A stretch of DNA of 62,557 bases, the filler included, from Choristocarpus tenellus KU-1152 (Eukaryota > Protista > Phaeophyceae): the NCBI GenBank assembly GCA_964200185.2. It is 12 parts of 12 records of this genome, joined end to end, with 100 filler letters (N's around TTAATTAATTAA, not from the genome) between each part and the next. Parts side by side here need not be neighbours in the genome. Positions count along the whole stretch, not along the records: positions 29,340 to 36,927 come from CAXNAD020005921.1; positions 37,028 to 40,757 come from CAXNAD020018262.1; positions 40,858 to 44,955 come from CAXNAD020016224.1; positions 45,056 to 53,499 come from CAXNAD020004701.1; 8 more parts are not named here. One strand, written 5' to 3'. Positions within the stretch are counted from its first letter, which is position 1. The number at the start of each line of letters is the position of its first letter. Made by a program: the position numbers and the translations under genes. The notes below the pieces were generated by a model that ran no database searches, was not told the DNA's origin, and saw only the letters and a list, made by a program, of their open reading frames with translations. Shown here one piece after another: positions 36,401 through 47,869 of this stretch.

Positions 36401-36682
36401 CACCTTCACTGACCCTTCCACCAACGTTGTCATCAATGATATTGACACCACTTCCACAGCAGTACTCCCCTCCCCAGAGGCTACCTCAGAGACTGGACCC
36501 GCCATATCAATTGCCACCAGTCAGGTTGCCCCCTCCCCCCCTGCTGTACCCCTTGTGCTCCCTCCTCCAACGGCACAGCAGAGCAGAGCAACAGAATTCT
36601 TGCAAGACTGGGTGGCATCTGCAGTGCCTGAGAAGAAGAAGCTGCTACTGGAGAAGACTGCAATTAAGTGGAAGAGGCAGTG
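33454..36682 (+). CDS. Unknown protein, possibly plastid-targeted or secreted; helical Ala/Glu/Val-rich region then Ser/Thr/Pro/Ala low-complexity region (exons 33454 or 33508-34304, 34855-35093, 35359-36682; continues off contig)
   Basis: Three ORFs joined by phase-compatible GT-AG junctions (AG|GTGAGG..AAG|G, CAG|GTTTAG..TAG|GT, and a final TG|GTGAGT). The hydrophobic stretch AIIALVLWCVAPILS-F resembles a signal peptide followed by the Phe of an ASAFAP-type motif. Confidence 0.72.
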
Positions 36683-37599
36683 GTGAGTATGTGTCCTTCA
36701 CCTCTACGAATATGTCACACTTTGTAAGTACTTGATGTGTGGGTTCCCTGAGATGCCCGTTAAAAGTTGTGGATTGGTCTCACCTCCTTCCTACCATGCC
36801 ACGCTTTCTTTCCTACTGATGTCATGGTTGTTGTTCTCAGTTGTTGAGATTATCCAGGCCTTGTGTGTACTGTATGTTCGAATATGTTCATAGCGTACGA
36901 TGCAAATTTTGGGGGTGTGAAGTGTATNNNNNNNNNNNNNNNNNNNNNNNNNNNNNNNNNNNNNNNNNNNNTTAATTAATTAANNNNNNNNNNNNNNNNN
37001 NNNNNNNNNNNNNNNNNNNNNNNNNNNCCTGAAGAATTGTGGTGACTACTTGGTGGAGCTTGCTCTCCTCCTTCCCCCCCCCCCCCCCAGTGCAGCTCCC
37101 CCTTGCCACCACGTGATGAAGGTACCCGGTGAATAGCTCTAATGGGTGAGAGATCGGCTACCGTGCAAGACCTACTCCAGGAAGATGGGAGATTGTTTAT
37201 GGCCGTGGGGTTTGAAAAGTTGGTCCTACCGGACTCTCGAAACGCTTTTGATGTAGTAGAAGAAAGGACCAGACAGAGCGGTTCCCGTCAAATATCACGT
37301 CCACAACCACTGTGACGACTTACTGAGACGGTAAGGAATCAACTCGGGACGGTAGGAGCAACGCACTGAAGTGTTCCTGAACGACCAGTCGAAAGGCCTC
37401 AGAAGACAATAGTGCCCCCCGCCCCTCAATCAACGATCCGTATCTGTGGGGGCGCTCACTGATGTGACGATGGGGATTAGAGTGAGTCGGGTCGGGCAGT
37501 CCGGGCAATGGCTAACATAAGTGTGATGGGAACGGACTGTGTCTCTCGTCCGAAGACGCAAGACTTGGGTTTGGGCTCTGTGTGAGGATGAGGTCATCC

Positions 37600-38240
37600 T
37601 CCGGAGATTCCGTTGGATTGTGTGTTGACTGTGTGGGACGGGGCCTGGAAGGCATGGTGCGTGCTTGGAGAGATGTGGTCAGCGGTGAAGGTGTTCTCTG
37701 GGAGGAGAAGGATCAGATGGATTGTGGGGGGACTACTGGGGCATCTCATTCATTGGTGGCGCACACTGGCTATGTGCTGCTCGAGATTGCTGTAGGCGCA
37801 AGCAAGAGCTTGCGTGAAATGGGACGAACATATTTAACGTGAAGGACAATGTTGTTGCCAACCCTGGTGCTGGACATTGGACTCGATGTACACCCAATGT
37901 GCCCTCCAGGATATTGGTCGGAAAAGGCACCTACCCCAGTTCGTGTGTTTCATTGACCTGCAGATAGGGTTCGATTCTTGCGCCGAGATCTCTTATGGAC
38001 TGTGCTTGCCAAGTTTTGAGTCCCTGAGAAGATGGTCACAGTCATCTGACAATTCTGTGTTGGGATTCCGGCATGCATTCGCATGGATGATGGAGAGTGA
38101 ATAGATTGATTCGGGGTTCGGGGTTGGGCGAAAGATTTGTCAAGAGTGTGTTCTTGCCCATATCCTTTCATCTTCTTTATTGCAGAGCTAGGTATAGCAG
38201 TTGAGGAGTTCAAGACTGACCCGACCTTCTCCAAGTACCT
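37600..38240 (+). pseudogene. RTE-like LINE reverse transcriptase remnant
   Basis: SLVAHTGYVLLEI (cf. ISLVAHAGKVLLKI), FVCFIDLQIGFDS (cf. CFIDL.KAYDSV), DDGE, and a decayed QG..L.P..F motif, with frameshifts. Confidence 0.7.
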
Positions 38241-39844
38241 CTGTTTTCATCAAGGGCCTTTGCTTTTGTTTTTCAGTCACAAGGTCTCAAAGCATCAACA
38301 CCTGAGGAAGTAATTCATCACCTGAGCAAGCATCTGACCCGGCAAGTAGGAGTTGCTACTTGCACTCAAGCTTTGATAACTCTCACGCCCAGTCATCAGA
38401 AGAGCATCTTCTAGGGTAGGACGTCATGCATGACGTCAAGAAGGATACTTCAAAGTAATATCTGGACAAAAAGAAAAGAAAAGAGGAGAAAGTAGCATCA
38501 TACACACACACATATATATATATATGACAGAATGTTGAGTACTACAGCTTTGACGATTTGATTCTTAGCTTCAGTGAGACATCTGAAATCCTATCATAAA
38601 GCACACAGTATCCCTTGTGCTGGTGATGCTGGCATTGCGTCTTAGACCAAAAAGGTTTGGCCAGGATGAAGATGGAATTCATGCAGGTGAACAGGGCATT
38701 TGGTCTCACCGTCTGTAAGTTGAAGACAGACCGTGCGCCTTTGACTTCCCAACAAGGCGGCAGAGATCATGCAGATCAGGACTCGGGCCCAGCTACAGAC
38801 TGACGAGGTTTTTTTTACCTTGGAGGAATCATGACTTACGGAGCTCATGTCACTCTGAAGATCACTTGAAGGGTCCAAAAGGTCTGAGGTTGTTTCCACG
38901 AGTACGGTCAAGGACTTAAGAGATGGAACCACTGGTCTATTGCTTCAAGCTGAAGGTTTGAATTCTAAAGGCTGAAGGTACACGAGGTCTTGTTCTGTGG
39001 TTGTGTGATGTGGGCGCTTTGCCAGGTCCACAGTATGTGAAGGTTTGCTCTCACCGTATCTCAAGTCCTGCTAGGTTGCATCCAACGCAACAAACGGGAA
39101 TATGCTGGTCACTCACTGGGGCACAGAGACGCCCTTGTCGCGGAGACTGGGTGTGAGAGTATCAATGCAGCTGTGCAAAAATGGAGGCTAGCATTCACAG
39201 GGTCGGTTGCAAGCATGGGGGATGAGTTATCTTCAAAGTTACTGATGCTCGTGTAACTTGCTGATGGAAGGCGTAAGTCGTCATGTGGACAGGAGAAGAA
39301 CCAACTGGTGGTGAATGTCCCTGCAAGATTATGATGCTCAGAGGAATTTGGGGTCTCACAGTTGAGGGTCGGAGTATGAGGGCAACTGACTATCATGGGC
39401 AGCGCGAGTGCGTGGTTGATGGCATGAAGAGTTTCATGGATGAGTGACATTCCGGAGAAGCTGTGATGGCAGCAGATGCAGATCATTCTGAAGCAGCCAC
39501 ATTGGAAGAAGCCCAAGCTGACCGGACTCATACGGTCCTATGTCTGATGAATTTATTGTTGTCTTTCTTTTGGGGTTGATAATTCTTGCCCTCCTCCTTA
39601 CTGTTGCGTGTGGTATGCAACGAGGTTTTTGTTTCTTGGATTGTGTTGACAAGGAGTGAAACCGATTTTATGCTTTTCCTTTTTGGTTGTAGGACCTGGC
39701 AGTGAGTGAGTGACTACAGTAGTCATGTCCTATCTGAAGTATTGGGTGTTACTGCATTGCTCCTGTGCATCTATCTTTCTTACTTCTTCGCTACGGTATT
39801 GACTGGCTGACTGACTGACTGACTTGACACTTTTTTCTGTTTCT

Positions 39845-40020
39845 TTTTTTTCTTTTTTTCTTTTACTGCTTTACAAAAAATGTATCCTTTCTTTAGTATT
39901 TTTCTCTTTTTTTCTTTTAGTGCTTAAAAAAAAATTGTATTCTCTTTCTTAGTATTTTTTATTCTCTTTTTTTCTTTTACTCCTTCATAAGAAAATGTAC
40001 TCTTCTGTAGTACTTTTTTA
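39845..40020. repeat. About 55-60-bp T-rich tandem repeat, roughly 3 copies
   Basis: The unit CTTTTTTTCTTTTA..GCTT.A.AAAAAATGTA..CT..CT.TAGTA.TTTTT recurs. Confidence 0.6.
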
Positions 40021-42362
40021 ATTTTGTGTGTATTCCTCTCCTCTCGCTATCTTTGGTCACGTGTCTGGTAACCTGGAAATATATTATTTTTTTATTTTTT
40101 TACTAAGCAACGCGCATGGGATCTCTCCCTGCGGAAACCCCCGTCCTAAGCATGGAAGGCTGGCAATAGTTCGTTATGTTCGTTGGAAGTAAGTAAAGGT
40201 GCACGTGAGTACTTCGATGGGATGATAGCACCGATATCGTCTGAGTAATGTGTAACCTTTTTCAGACGGGCGTGATTCTGTTTTCAAACACGAAATGAAC
40301 GGGCATGAGGTTGCACAGGGATGATGACACAAGAGGGTGTTTGTGCTTGCAAGGCGCGCCCAGGAGAAAATGGATGTAGTCGCAACATGTTCGTCTGGTG
40401 AACAGACCATCAGCAACACAGATGCGGGCGGCACAGACGATACCTCCCTCTACTTCCGTCTCTTTGGTTGTATCGATTAGTGCATGGGTCTTGCAGGTCC
40501 CATCATGTATATTTTTCTGTGTGTTGGAAAGTGCGTCAAAGGGTATATAGCCCTTTTACCCCCTATTGCCCCCTATGTGCCCGCACACACTCTTGAGGAC
40601 AACGGCCCGAAGTCTCTCTCTGAGCGTTTGGGAAGCAGGTTCCAAATAAGGTATCTGTCGGGGTGATTGACTGCGAATGGTGTAGCTTTCTAGCACCTCA
40701 AGAGGGACCTCGTTGCATGGGGAATGATAAGTGCGAGAAAAGAGGGGGAGGGGGGGGNNNNNNNNNNNNNNNNNNNNNNNNNNNNNNNNNNNNNNNNNNN
40801 NTTAATTAATTAANNNNNNNNNNNNNNNNNNNNNNNNNNNNNNNNNNNNNNNNNNNNCGGGCCTTGCGGGAAGGTTTTTTTTTTGTTTCTAAGTGAGACG
40901 CATGGGGTTGTCATCTGGGGGGTGACTCTCCCACGTTATGGAGAGAGCTTCTACAGGAGGAATGAGCATGTGGAATGGTGACCGTTGCATTCGTTGGGCT
41001 GAATGAGGGCTTAGATTTCCGGAAAGTGCCCAACCCAGCACTTCTGGGAGGAGAGAACGAGCATGGTCGGTGAAAGATGACTATGTGACTCATGCCCCCC
41101 CGAGGAAATTGGAGGTCGCAATTTTGTGCTGTGTATCTATCTGTGTGGTTCGTTTTTCTCATGGTTTTGTGATATCAGGTTCCCACAATAGTCCAGGGTT
41201 GTGGGCTAATTGAAACATGTATTACATTTTTATGACGGGAAACCTACGTAAGTAGAGGATAATTGTAGGTCAGTGGTTAGATGGACTAGTCTTCCTACAT
41301 TAATTTTGGGGATTTAGACTTTTCAAAGACTCGATAATTTTTGCAGAACCCTACAACTGTCGTCTATTGCCTGTGTTCACAGCCTTTTTGCCTGTGCCCT
41401 GACTGGAAAAACGCATTTTATCTGTTGTTGTGTTAGCAAGTGAAGCAAGCTATTGTAGCGATGACACTTCCTGCTCCAGTACATCAATCTTCTAACAAGA
41501 CTGTATAATATCCTACTTGTATGAAGCAAAAACAAGGGTAATATCAGTGTCACAACGTTTTAGTTTATTGAGGTGTGTGCTGTGCTCGTTTGTGCCTTCA
41601 AAGAGTCCTATGACAAGAGGTTAATGTTTGGGGGAGGGCGTGGGGATACCAAGTGCCAGCTGAAGCCTGCCGTTGTTTTGTTTATTCAAGGCAGGATGTT
41701 TGTACATTAAAGCTCTCGTGAAATGAGTAGAGTTATAAAGTGCAGAATACAATCTCTACCTCCACCTACACAATGACCTAGTGTTGGGTTGGGTCAAGGT
41801 AGAGTCGGAACAACTACAAACACAGATGCTTTATGTGTTGTGAAGAGTACTCTGTACTTAGAAAAGTGATAAAGGTAGTCCCTCCTACGATTAGAAATTG
41901 CATCTCTCGACTATGTGATAATTCCTGCTCCCATCAGCTCCAGGATTGCCCAGATTATTCTGTTTTGAACTCCCTAAAAAAAGAATGCATGCCTTTTGAT
42001 CTGCTGCCGTGGAGAGAGACTGCTTGTCTCGCATGGTCTTCTTCACTGACACAACTGTGATCGCAAACAAAAAATAATCCCAACCATAAATGCATCCGCC
42101 ATCTCTACTTAGCTTCCTCTCTACAATCTGGTCTGATTACTGTATTTCTCCTCATGTTAGCATTGCCATGTGTCATACCCCTCCAGTCAGCATTTTACTG
42201 GTAATAACAAAGTCGTTACGTTTTTTATACAATCTCGAGGGTCCTCTATGTACAACAGAGTTTTTTCCCCTCCAACCCCACACCCCCACCCCCACCCCCA
42301 CCCCCACCCCTCCCCTCCCCTGTCCTCCCACCTCCAATTGCCACGTGTTAATAAATTCCAAG

Positions 42363-42536
42363 CAGAAGAGGCGGAGGGAGGCTAGAGGTCTCAATACTGA
42401 AGACAAATCGTCAGACTCTCCTCCGCCAAACTCTAGTTTCTCCTCCAAAGGCAAGAAAAAAAAGAAAGCCGCTTCAGCTGAGATCTTTGAGAAGTATGGT
42501 TGGAACAAGATGGATTCTCATTTCCCGATCCTGTGA
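42363..42536 (+). CDS. Candidate isolated terminal coding exon, Lys/Ser-rich, unknown gene
   Basis: A long C-rich pyrimidine tract and AG acceptor precede QKRRREARGLNTEDK...KKKKKAASAEIFEKYGWNKMDSHFPIL*. No partner exons identified, and a second frame is also open. Confidence 0.35.
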   Translation, partial: QKRRREARGLNTEDKSSDSPPPNSSFSSKGKKKKKAASAEIFEKYGWNKMDSHFPIL

Positions 42537-43744
42537 TAAGATATACAGATTGGCACTGTAGCTGAACGATGTCGCGTTGTTCCACAGATCATGAGAGAGG
42601 AAAGGTTGTGGGCTAGGCCCGGGATACAGTGGGGTGTGGCATGGCTAGACTGGAGGGGGGATGCATGGGGGCAAGAAAAGCGTCACTCATACCCCCAGCT
42701 CTTACTGTGGTGAATAATGCGTAGTTTATCTGCTATACTTCTTCTGCAAAGTTCACGGAGGTTCATCATCCCTATTAGAAGTTTTTTTGTTGTTGTAACT
42801 TTACTAGTGCTTGTCCTGTTTAACATCACTTGGAGCATGTTGTGCGAGTGAAGTTTAGAGTGTTGCGTTTGAGTCCACACATGCCACCATGCTCACCGCA
42901 CAGGTCTTGAAGTGTCGTATCCACTCCCTCTGCATTTTTTATCGGGGTCTCAAGTCTACTCACAGGTTATCTAGTAGTAGTTGAACAGTGAAAACATCGG
43001 TGCAATTGTAGTTGTTCCTGCAGCGCAAGCAAACTTACACATGTCCCAATGGCATGTTCTCATCTCCTTTATATTTGCAATGTTGGAAAATTATAGTCCT
43101 TATTTAACTTGATATTATTTGTCGAAGCCAGACTTTCTGGAGTCGGTTGTAGGTTGGAAATACTTTTGAGTGGAGTTATTTCAGTAGCAGTTTGTGAGAT
43201 GCACTGACTTACGCCAGGAAAAAGTCATTATCTTAGATGGATGAGAGAGTGGGCATGCGAAATGTGATAGAAGTAAGGGAGTCGAGGCTGGGAAGGGGTT
43301 TAAGCTATTGAGATAAAGGTCAGGCTTGGGAGGAGGTTTCATGCAGGTGTGGGCACATGTAGAGGAAGGCAGGGAAGGGGCACATATCATGAAGAGGTAC
43401 GATGATGATTTTGTAGATGGAGGAGAGTAGTCAATGCTTTGTCCGATGTGAAAATTTCATAGTAGTCCCTACTACGGAGCTCTTTCCTTCGTACTCACCC
43501 ATACTTTGTTCTCTCATGCCTTTTGTTATTTGCACAACCCGCCAACCTATGATTAAAGATTGGCACTTGTCGCTTGCTGCATTTCGGCATTGTTGGCCTT
43601 GCTTTGAAACTGCGAAAGTTGTGAATGATCTGCATCCATGCTGATTGAGAGGGTTGACTGAGTGCTGAATCTGCCATTGCGCATATATATGTCAATATTT
43701 GGAGAATCACTAAACCACATGTAGTGAAATGCTGATGAACTGAT

Positions 43745-43921
43745 AAGACAAAGTATCAGGGGGGGGGTGGCAACTGTCCATTCGGGGCCCATTTTCCATG
43801 TCCCAATTTTGGGGTGAATTTGGTTGCATGCGTTGGACGGATAATGTAAGTGCACTTCTCCTGGTCAGGGCCCAGATGGACACACTGGTGTAGACCCCCG
43901 CCCCCCCAGATACTTAAAGCC
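43745..43921. mobile_element. G-tract MITE family copy (reverse orientation)
   Basis: AAAGTATCAGGGGGGGG...GTAGACCCCCGCCCCCCCAGATACTT; the interior is the reverse complement of 45110-45288. Confidence 0.8.
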
Positions 43922-44049
43922 TTTGGCAAACAGACGATGTAGTACTACTGCGTAAGCTTGCTGACCTTCCCCGGTCCATTCACCCTGGACCTTTCAAGTT
44001 ACCATGCACCATGGTTTATAAAAGTAATGTTACGAAGTTGGTGAATATT

Positions 44050-44420
44050 TTGGTTTAGTGAGTGCATAATGCTTGATGTATTTCACGAAGACAACGTTTG
44101 TTCAACATGTATGTATCCAATTACATGAGGCATTTCTTGGAAAGCATGGGTAAAGGTTGGGATGACATACATTAGGAAAACCCCCCATATGCATTATCGG
44201 TGGGATGGAATGTCGAGGGACCCACATGGAGAATAGAAATGTACTCTTCCTGTCTTCCAAGCGCTATTTAATATAACATGAGATCTGAAAAGGGGGAGTG
44301 GTACTTGCACTCTGAGCACCACAAGTCTGTCCTCCCAATTCACCACTGTATTGTTGATGCCCACAGCTGGCAGGCATCATGAATGAAATTCTACACGCAC
44401 TCTTGTCTATTTTTTGCAAC
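44050..44420 (-). pseudogene. Possible ISL2EU/Harbinger-type DDE transposase remnant
   Basis: Decayed motifs in order: DLWCSECKYHS (cf. YSxYKxHNT), TDNAYG (cf. AD.GF/Y), IPTF and IHVEQ (cf. RIHVER). Confidence 0.35.
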
Positions 44421-45109
44421 CTAAGCAACAGTTGTCAACTATGATGCCCATTCATTTCGACCTGGTTCCCAACATGGATGTCCATGATCTCCATACAGTT
44501 AGTTTTAGTGTAACAGTGCACGGTAGGAGTAGGCACGAACACCTTTATCAACCCATTCAACAAGGTGTGCTAGAAATCTACATTGCAGGTGATCTTCCAT
44601 CTATTCTTGGCTATGAGATTTACTTCATTTCATCACTTTCTGATATAATAATCCTCGGGTGCTACTAGTCAATTTCACCAAAAAGCACTTGTATCCTTGT
44701 CTGAACCGGTGGAGGTACTGAGTGAAGTTGGCCTACGCACCAGAAGTTTATCATACGCCAATCATGGCAAGTTCTCTTTCATAAACAGCCGATCACCAAA
44801 ATTGAGGATGGAGCATACTATGAAGGATGAGTTTGACCCAAAATGGTGCGTGGAAAGTGCCCATATGTTTTTTTTTTAATGTTGCGGCACTTTTGAAGGG
44901 TCCCGCTACGAACGGGAATCCATCCTGAAGGTGGTAGTAGGACAGTGTGTGGGGGNNNNNNNNNNNNNNNNNNNNNNNNNNNNNNNNNNNNNNNNNNNNT
45001 TAATTAATTAANNNNNNNNNNNNNNNNNNNNNNNNNNNNNNNNNNNNNNNNNNNNCGTCGATGTATGGTGAGGCGGGGGGGGGGCCCCGTACCGGGGAGG
45101 GTGGGGGAG

Positions 45110-45141
<32 letters not shown>

Positions 45142-45288
45142 TACATCAGATGTCAATTTGGACCCTGACCAGGAGAAGTGAGCATACATTATCCATCTGA
45201 CGCATGGAACCAAATCACCCCAAATCCTGACATGGAAAAATGGGCCCTGAATGGATAGCCTCCACCCCCCCCCCAGATACCTTTGTCC
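45110..45288. mobile_element. G-tract MITE family copy
   Basis: Poly-G..GTCTACATCAG..CATTATCCATCTGACGCATG..CCCCCCCAGATACCTTTGTCC. Confidence 0.78.
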
Positions 45289-45289
45289 A

Positions 45290-45668
45290 GGGGGAGAGGA
45301 AAGGGAGGATATAGCAGGAAAGGAGTGGTTAAATCCCAGCTACGCCAAGTTGTCTCGGTAACTGCGCAAGTGGCACTGTCTAGACGTGTCCTACGTTTTA
45401 AGCTGGAGTCACCAGGGAGATGGGCACGGGGGGGTTATTGGATTCTCGGGATGCCTCCCTAGCTCCTCCCCCTGGGGTACAGGTATAGGTATATTGAAGA
45501 CACGGAAAGGCAGTAGTACAACATAGATAGTGGTGAAGGAACAAACAGATTAGTGGTCTTTCACATTATCATATTTTATTTATTTAGTACTTATACTGAT
45601 ATGTGTATAGTTTTCATTGGTTTCCCCCCTGACACATCTCCCAAATGTTGGAGGGCATGATAATAAAA
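45290..45668 (+). mobile_element. Second 3'-end copy of the same CRE-like element
   Basis: Aligns with about 56670-57070 (e.g. CGCAAGTGGCACTGTCTAGACGTGTC, GAGTCACCAGGGAGATGGGCA, CCTCCCTAGCTCCTCCCCCTGGGG) and ends in an ATAATAAAAT tail. Confidence 0.8.
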
Positions 45669-46001
45669 TATTAGTATAGGGAATAGTAGTAGAGCGTATG
45701 TACGCAGTATGTAGGGCAAACAAATTTTATTGGCAGGCCGATGAAGATAGATCAACAACAAACAAAAACGTTATGTGCTATCGTGGAGCGTTATTTACTC
45801 TGTTCACAATATAGTCACGTTTGGTTCATACATCAATACGTGTGTGGTAGTCGTTGTAAGTACTCTCAAGGTAAGTTTAAGATTGCGTAGTGTTGCGTAC
45901 CTACAGCCTATAGCCTATAGTAGGAACTTCCGTTAGGATATATACATGTATGTATATATTTAGGAATTGAGAGTTGAGGACACATCGCGGTTTGAAAAAT
46001 T

Positions 46002-46178
46002 GGCTTAAAGTATATCTGGGGGGGGTGGCGGCTGTCCATTTGGGGTCAATTTTTTGTTGTCGCGATTTTGGGGTAATTTGGTTGCATACGTCGGATGGAT
46101 AACGTAAACACACTTTTCCTGATTTTGGTTAAAATGGACACCCTGGTGTAGACCTCCCCCCCACAGATACTTCAGGTC
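46002..46178. mobile_element. G-tract MITE family copy (reverse orientation)
   Basis: AAAGTATATCTGGGGGGGG...GTAGACCTCCCCCCACAGATACTT; the interior is the reverse complement of 8010-8183. Confidence 0.8.
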
Positions 46179-47689
46179 ATTGAGAGTTCAGGACATATCG
46201 TGTTTTTAAAGTTGAGGGCTTAGGACCCAATCTCAACGTGTTACATTTTCAAAGATAAAACCATTCAGTAATTGAGTACATCAAGGTATTATTGAGTATC
46301 CTTTCAAATCTTCCACCACTTTCCCCAACAGTTGTTCCCTTCTCATACATCACACCCAGATAATCAAAAACAGAGTGGTGTGCTGATTATTTGGGCGCCA
46401 ATATCTGTGACTGGTACTACTGTACTGTTTATGGAAGAGTTGCGAGTAATCACTTCACCCACAGCCCCACAGCCCAGAGGAGGTGAGCTGGCGCCCTATG
46501 GATGACTCTTTCGATTCAAAGGATCCACACAGTCGACGTCGCCAGTTCAGTTTTCCCCTGTATCTTGAGTGAAGTGTTGATATATTAGGTTTTACACCTC
46601 ACTCGAGGTCCACAAGTTGGCACCGAGTCTGGTAAGGTTAACTCCTAAACTAGCTTTTGTGTGTCATGGGGTCCCAGCCGGCTGGATGATGGATCGCTCC
46701 GCTGCATCACTTGAAAAGTGGATTGTGGTGGTTGGATCCTTGAGCAGCCTCAATGTTGTCGACACTCCCATTGACCCATGCCCGCCCTTTCCTTCCCTCT
46801 TCCACTGTTTCTGGGCCTGCCGTGGTGCAGAAAGGTGTAGGGCATGATGATAACTAATGGTCCTCGCTATCTTCCCTGGTATGCAAGTGGAGAGGAAATC
46901 CTATGGTTTCCTGTACGATGACAGCGGCAGCAACACAGCAAATAACGAATCTTTCTCTTCGTCCAAACTTTTGTGCATGTCCCCCGTCCAGCATTCGTTA
47001 GGGAAACTTGGGGACTTGTCAATGTCCTCTCCCAGTCTCACGGTCCTAGAGAATGTTCTTCTGGGGAAGGTGTGTGACTTGTCTTCGAAATTTATCTTGC
47101 GTATCATAGGTTTGCTCATCCCCGATCCCGGATAGGCGAAGAAAAACTTCCCTTGACAATTTTAATGCCCATATGCATTGCACCACCTGACAGACTGGGT
47201 CCACCTGTATTACGCCAGAATGTGATGTCATGTGAGTGGGATCTGTTACTCATCCCCCTTTCGAGTACCTTGCTTCCTCAAAAAAGGTCGCCAACCACCT
47301 GCAGAAGGTTATGAGACTTGCGATGGAGGAGATGCAACATCGGAATGACTTTTTTTACAGAGTGACACATAATCGTCAAAAATAATACCAATCCTAAAAC
47401 ACAGCCTTCCCATTTCTTGTGGAGTTTGTCAGGAATTCCACGGCCAACACACAACGTGGTTAAATATGTTAGTACTTCATTGATAGTGGTGATATAATAC
47501 ATGTCTCCATTCATGTACATGTTTTACGTACGTACCACTACTTCTATTTCTACTACATATTGTACTGCTGTTTGTATTGTGTTGTATCATTTGAACGATC
47601 TAGTGGGGGTCGTTGGGCGTCGTCATACCTGGTGATCCTTTGTCAAGAATATCAGTAGTAGTCGTACAGTAGTAGTAGCAGTAGTAGTT

Positions 47690-47869
47690 GGTCAAAGTAT
47701 CTGGGGGGGGGGGTTCGGTGTCCGTTTTTCACCCTTTTTTCGATTTTCACTTTTTTGGTGCGATTTGGTCGCACATGTAGGATTTGAAATGTCAGCAAAA
47801 AGAAGAGTTTGACCGAAACGGATGCCCCCTCACAAACCACCCCCACCCCCCCCCCAGATACTTTGACCC
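47690..47869. mobile_element. MITE with the same TIR core and a different interior
   Basis: GGTCAAAGTATCTGGGGGGGG ... CCCCCCCCAGATACTTTGACC is a perfect inverted repeat. Isolated right ends of the same TIR occur at 1-21 and 22804-22825. Confidence 0.8.
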
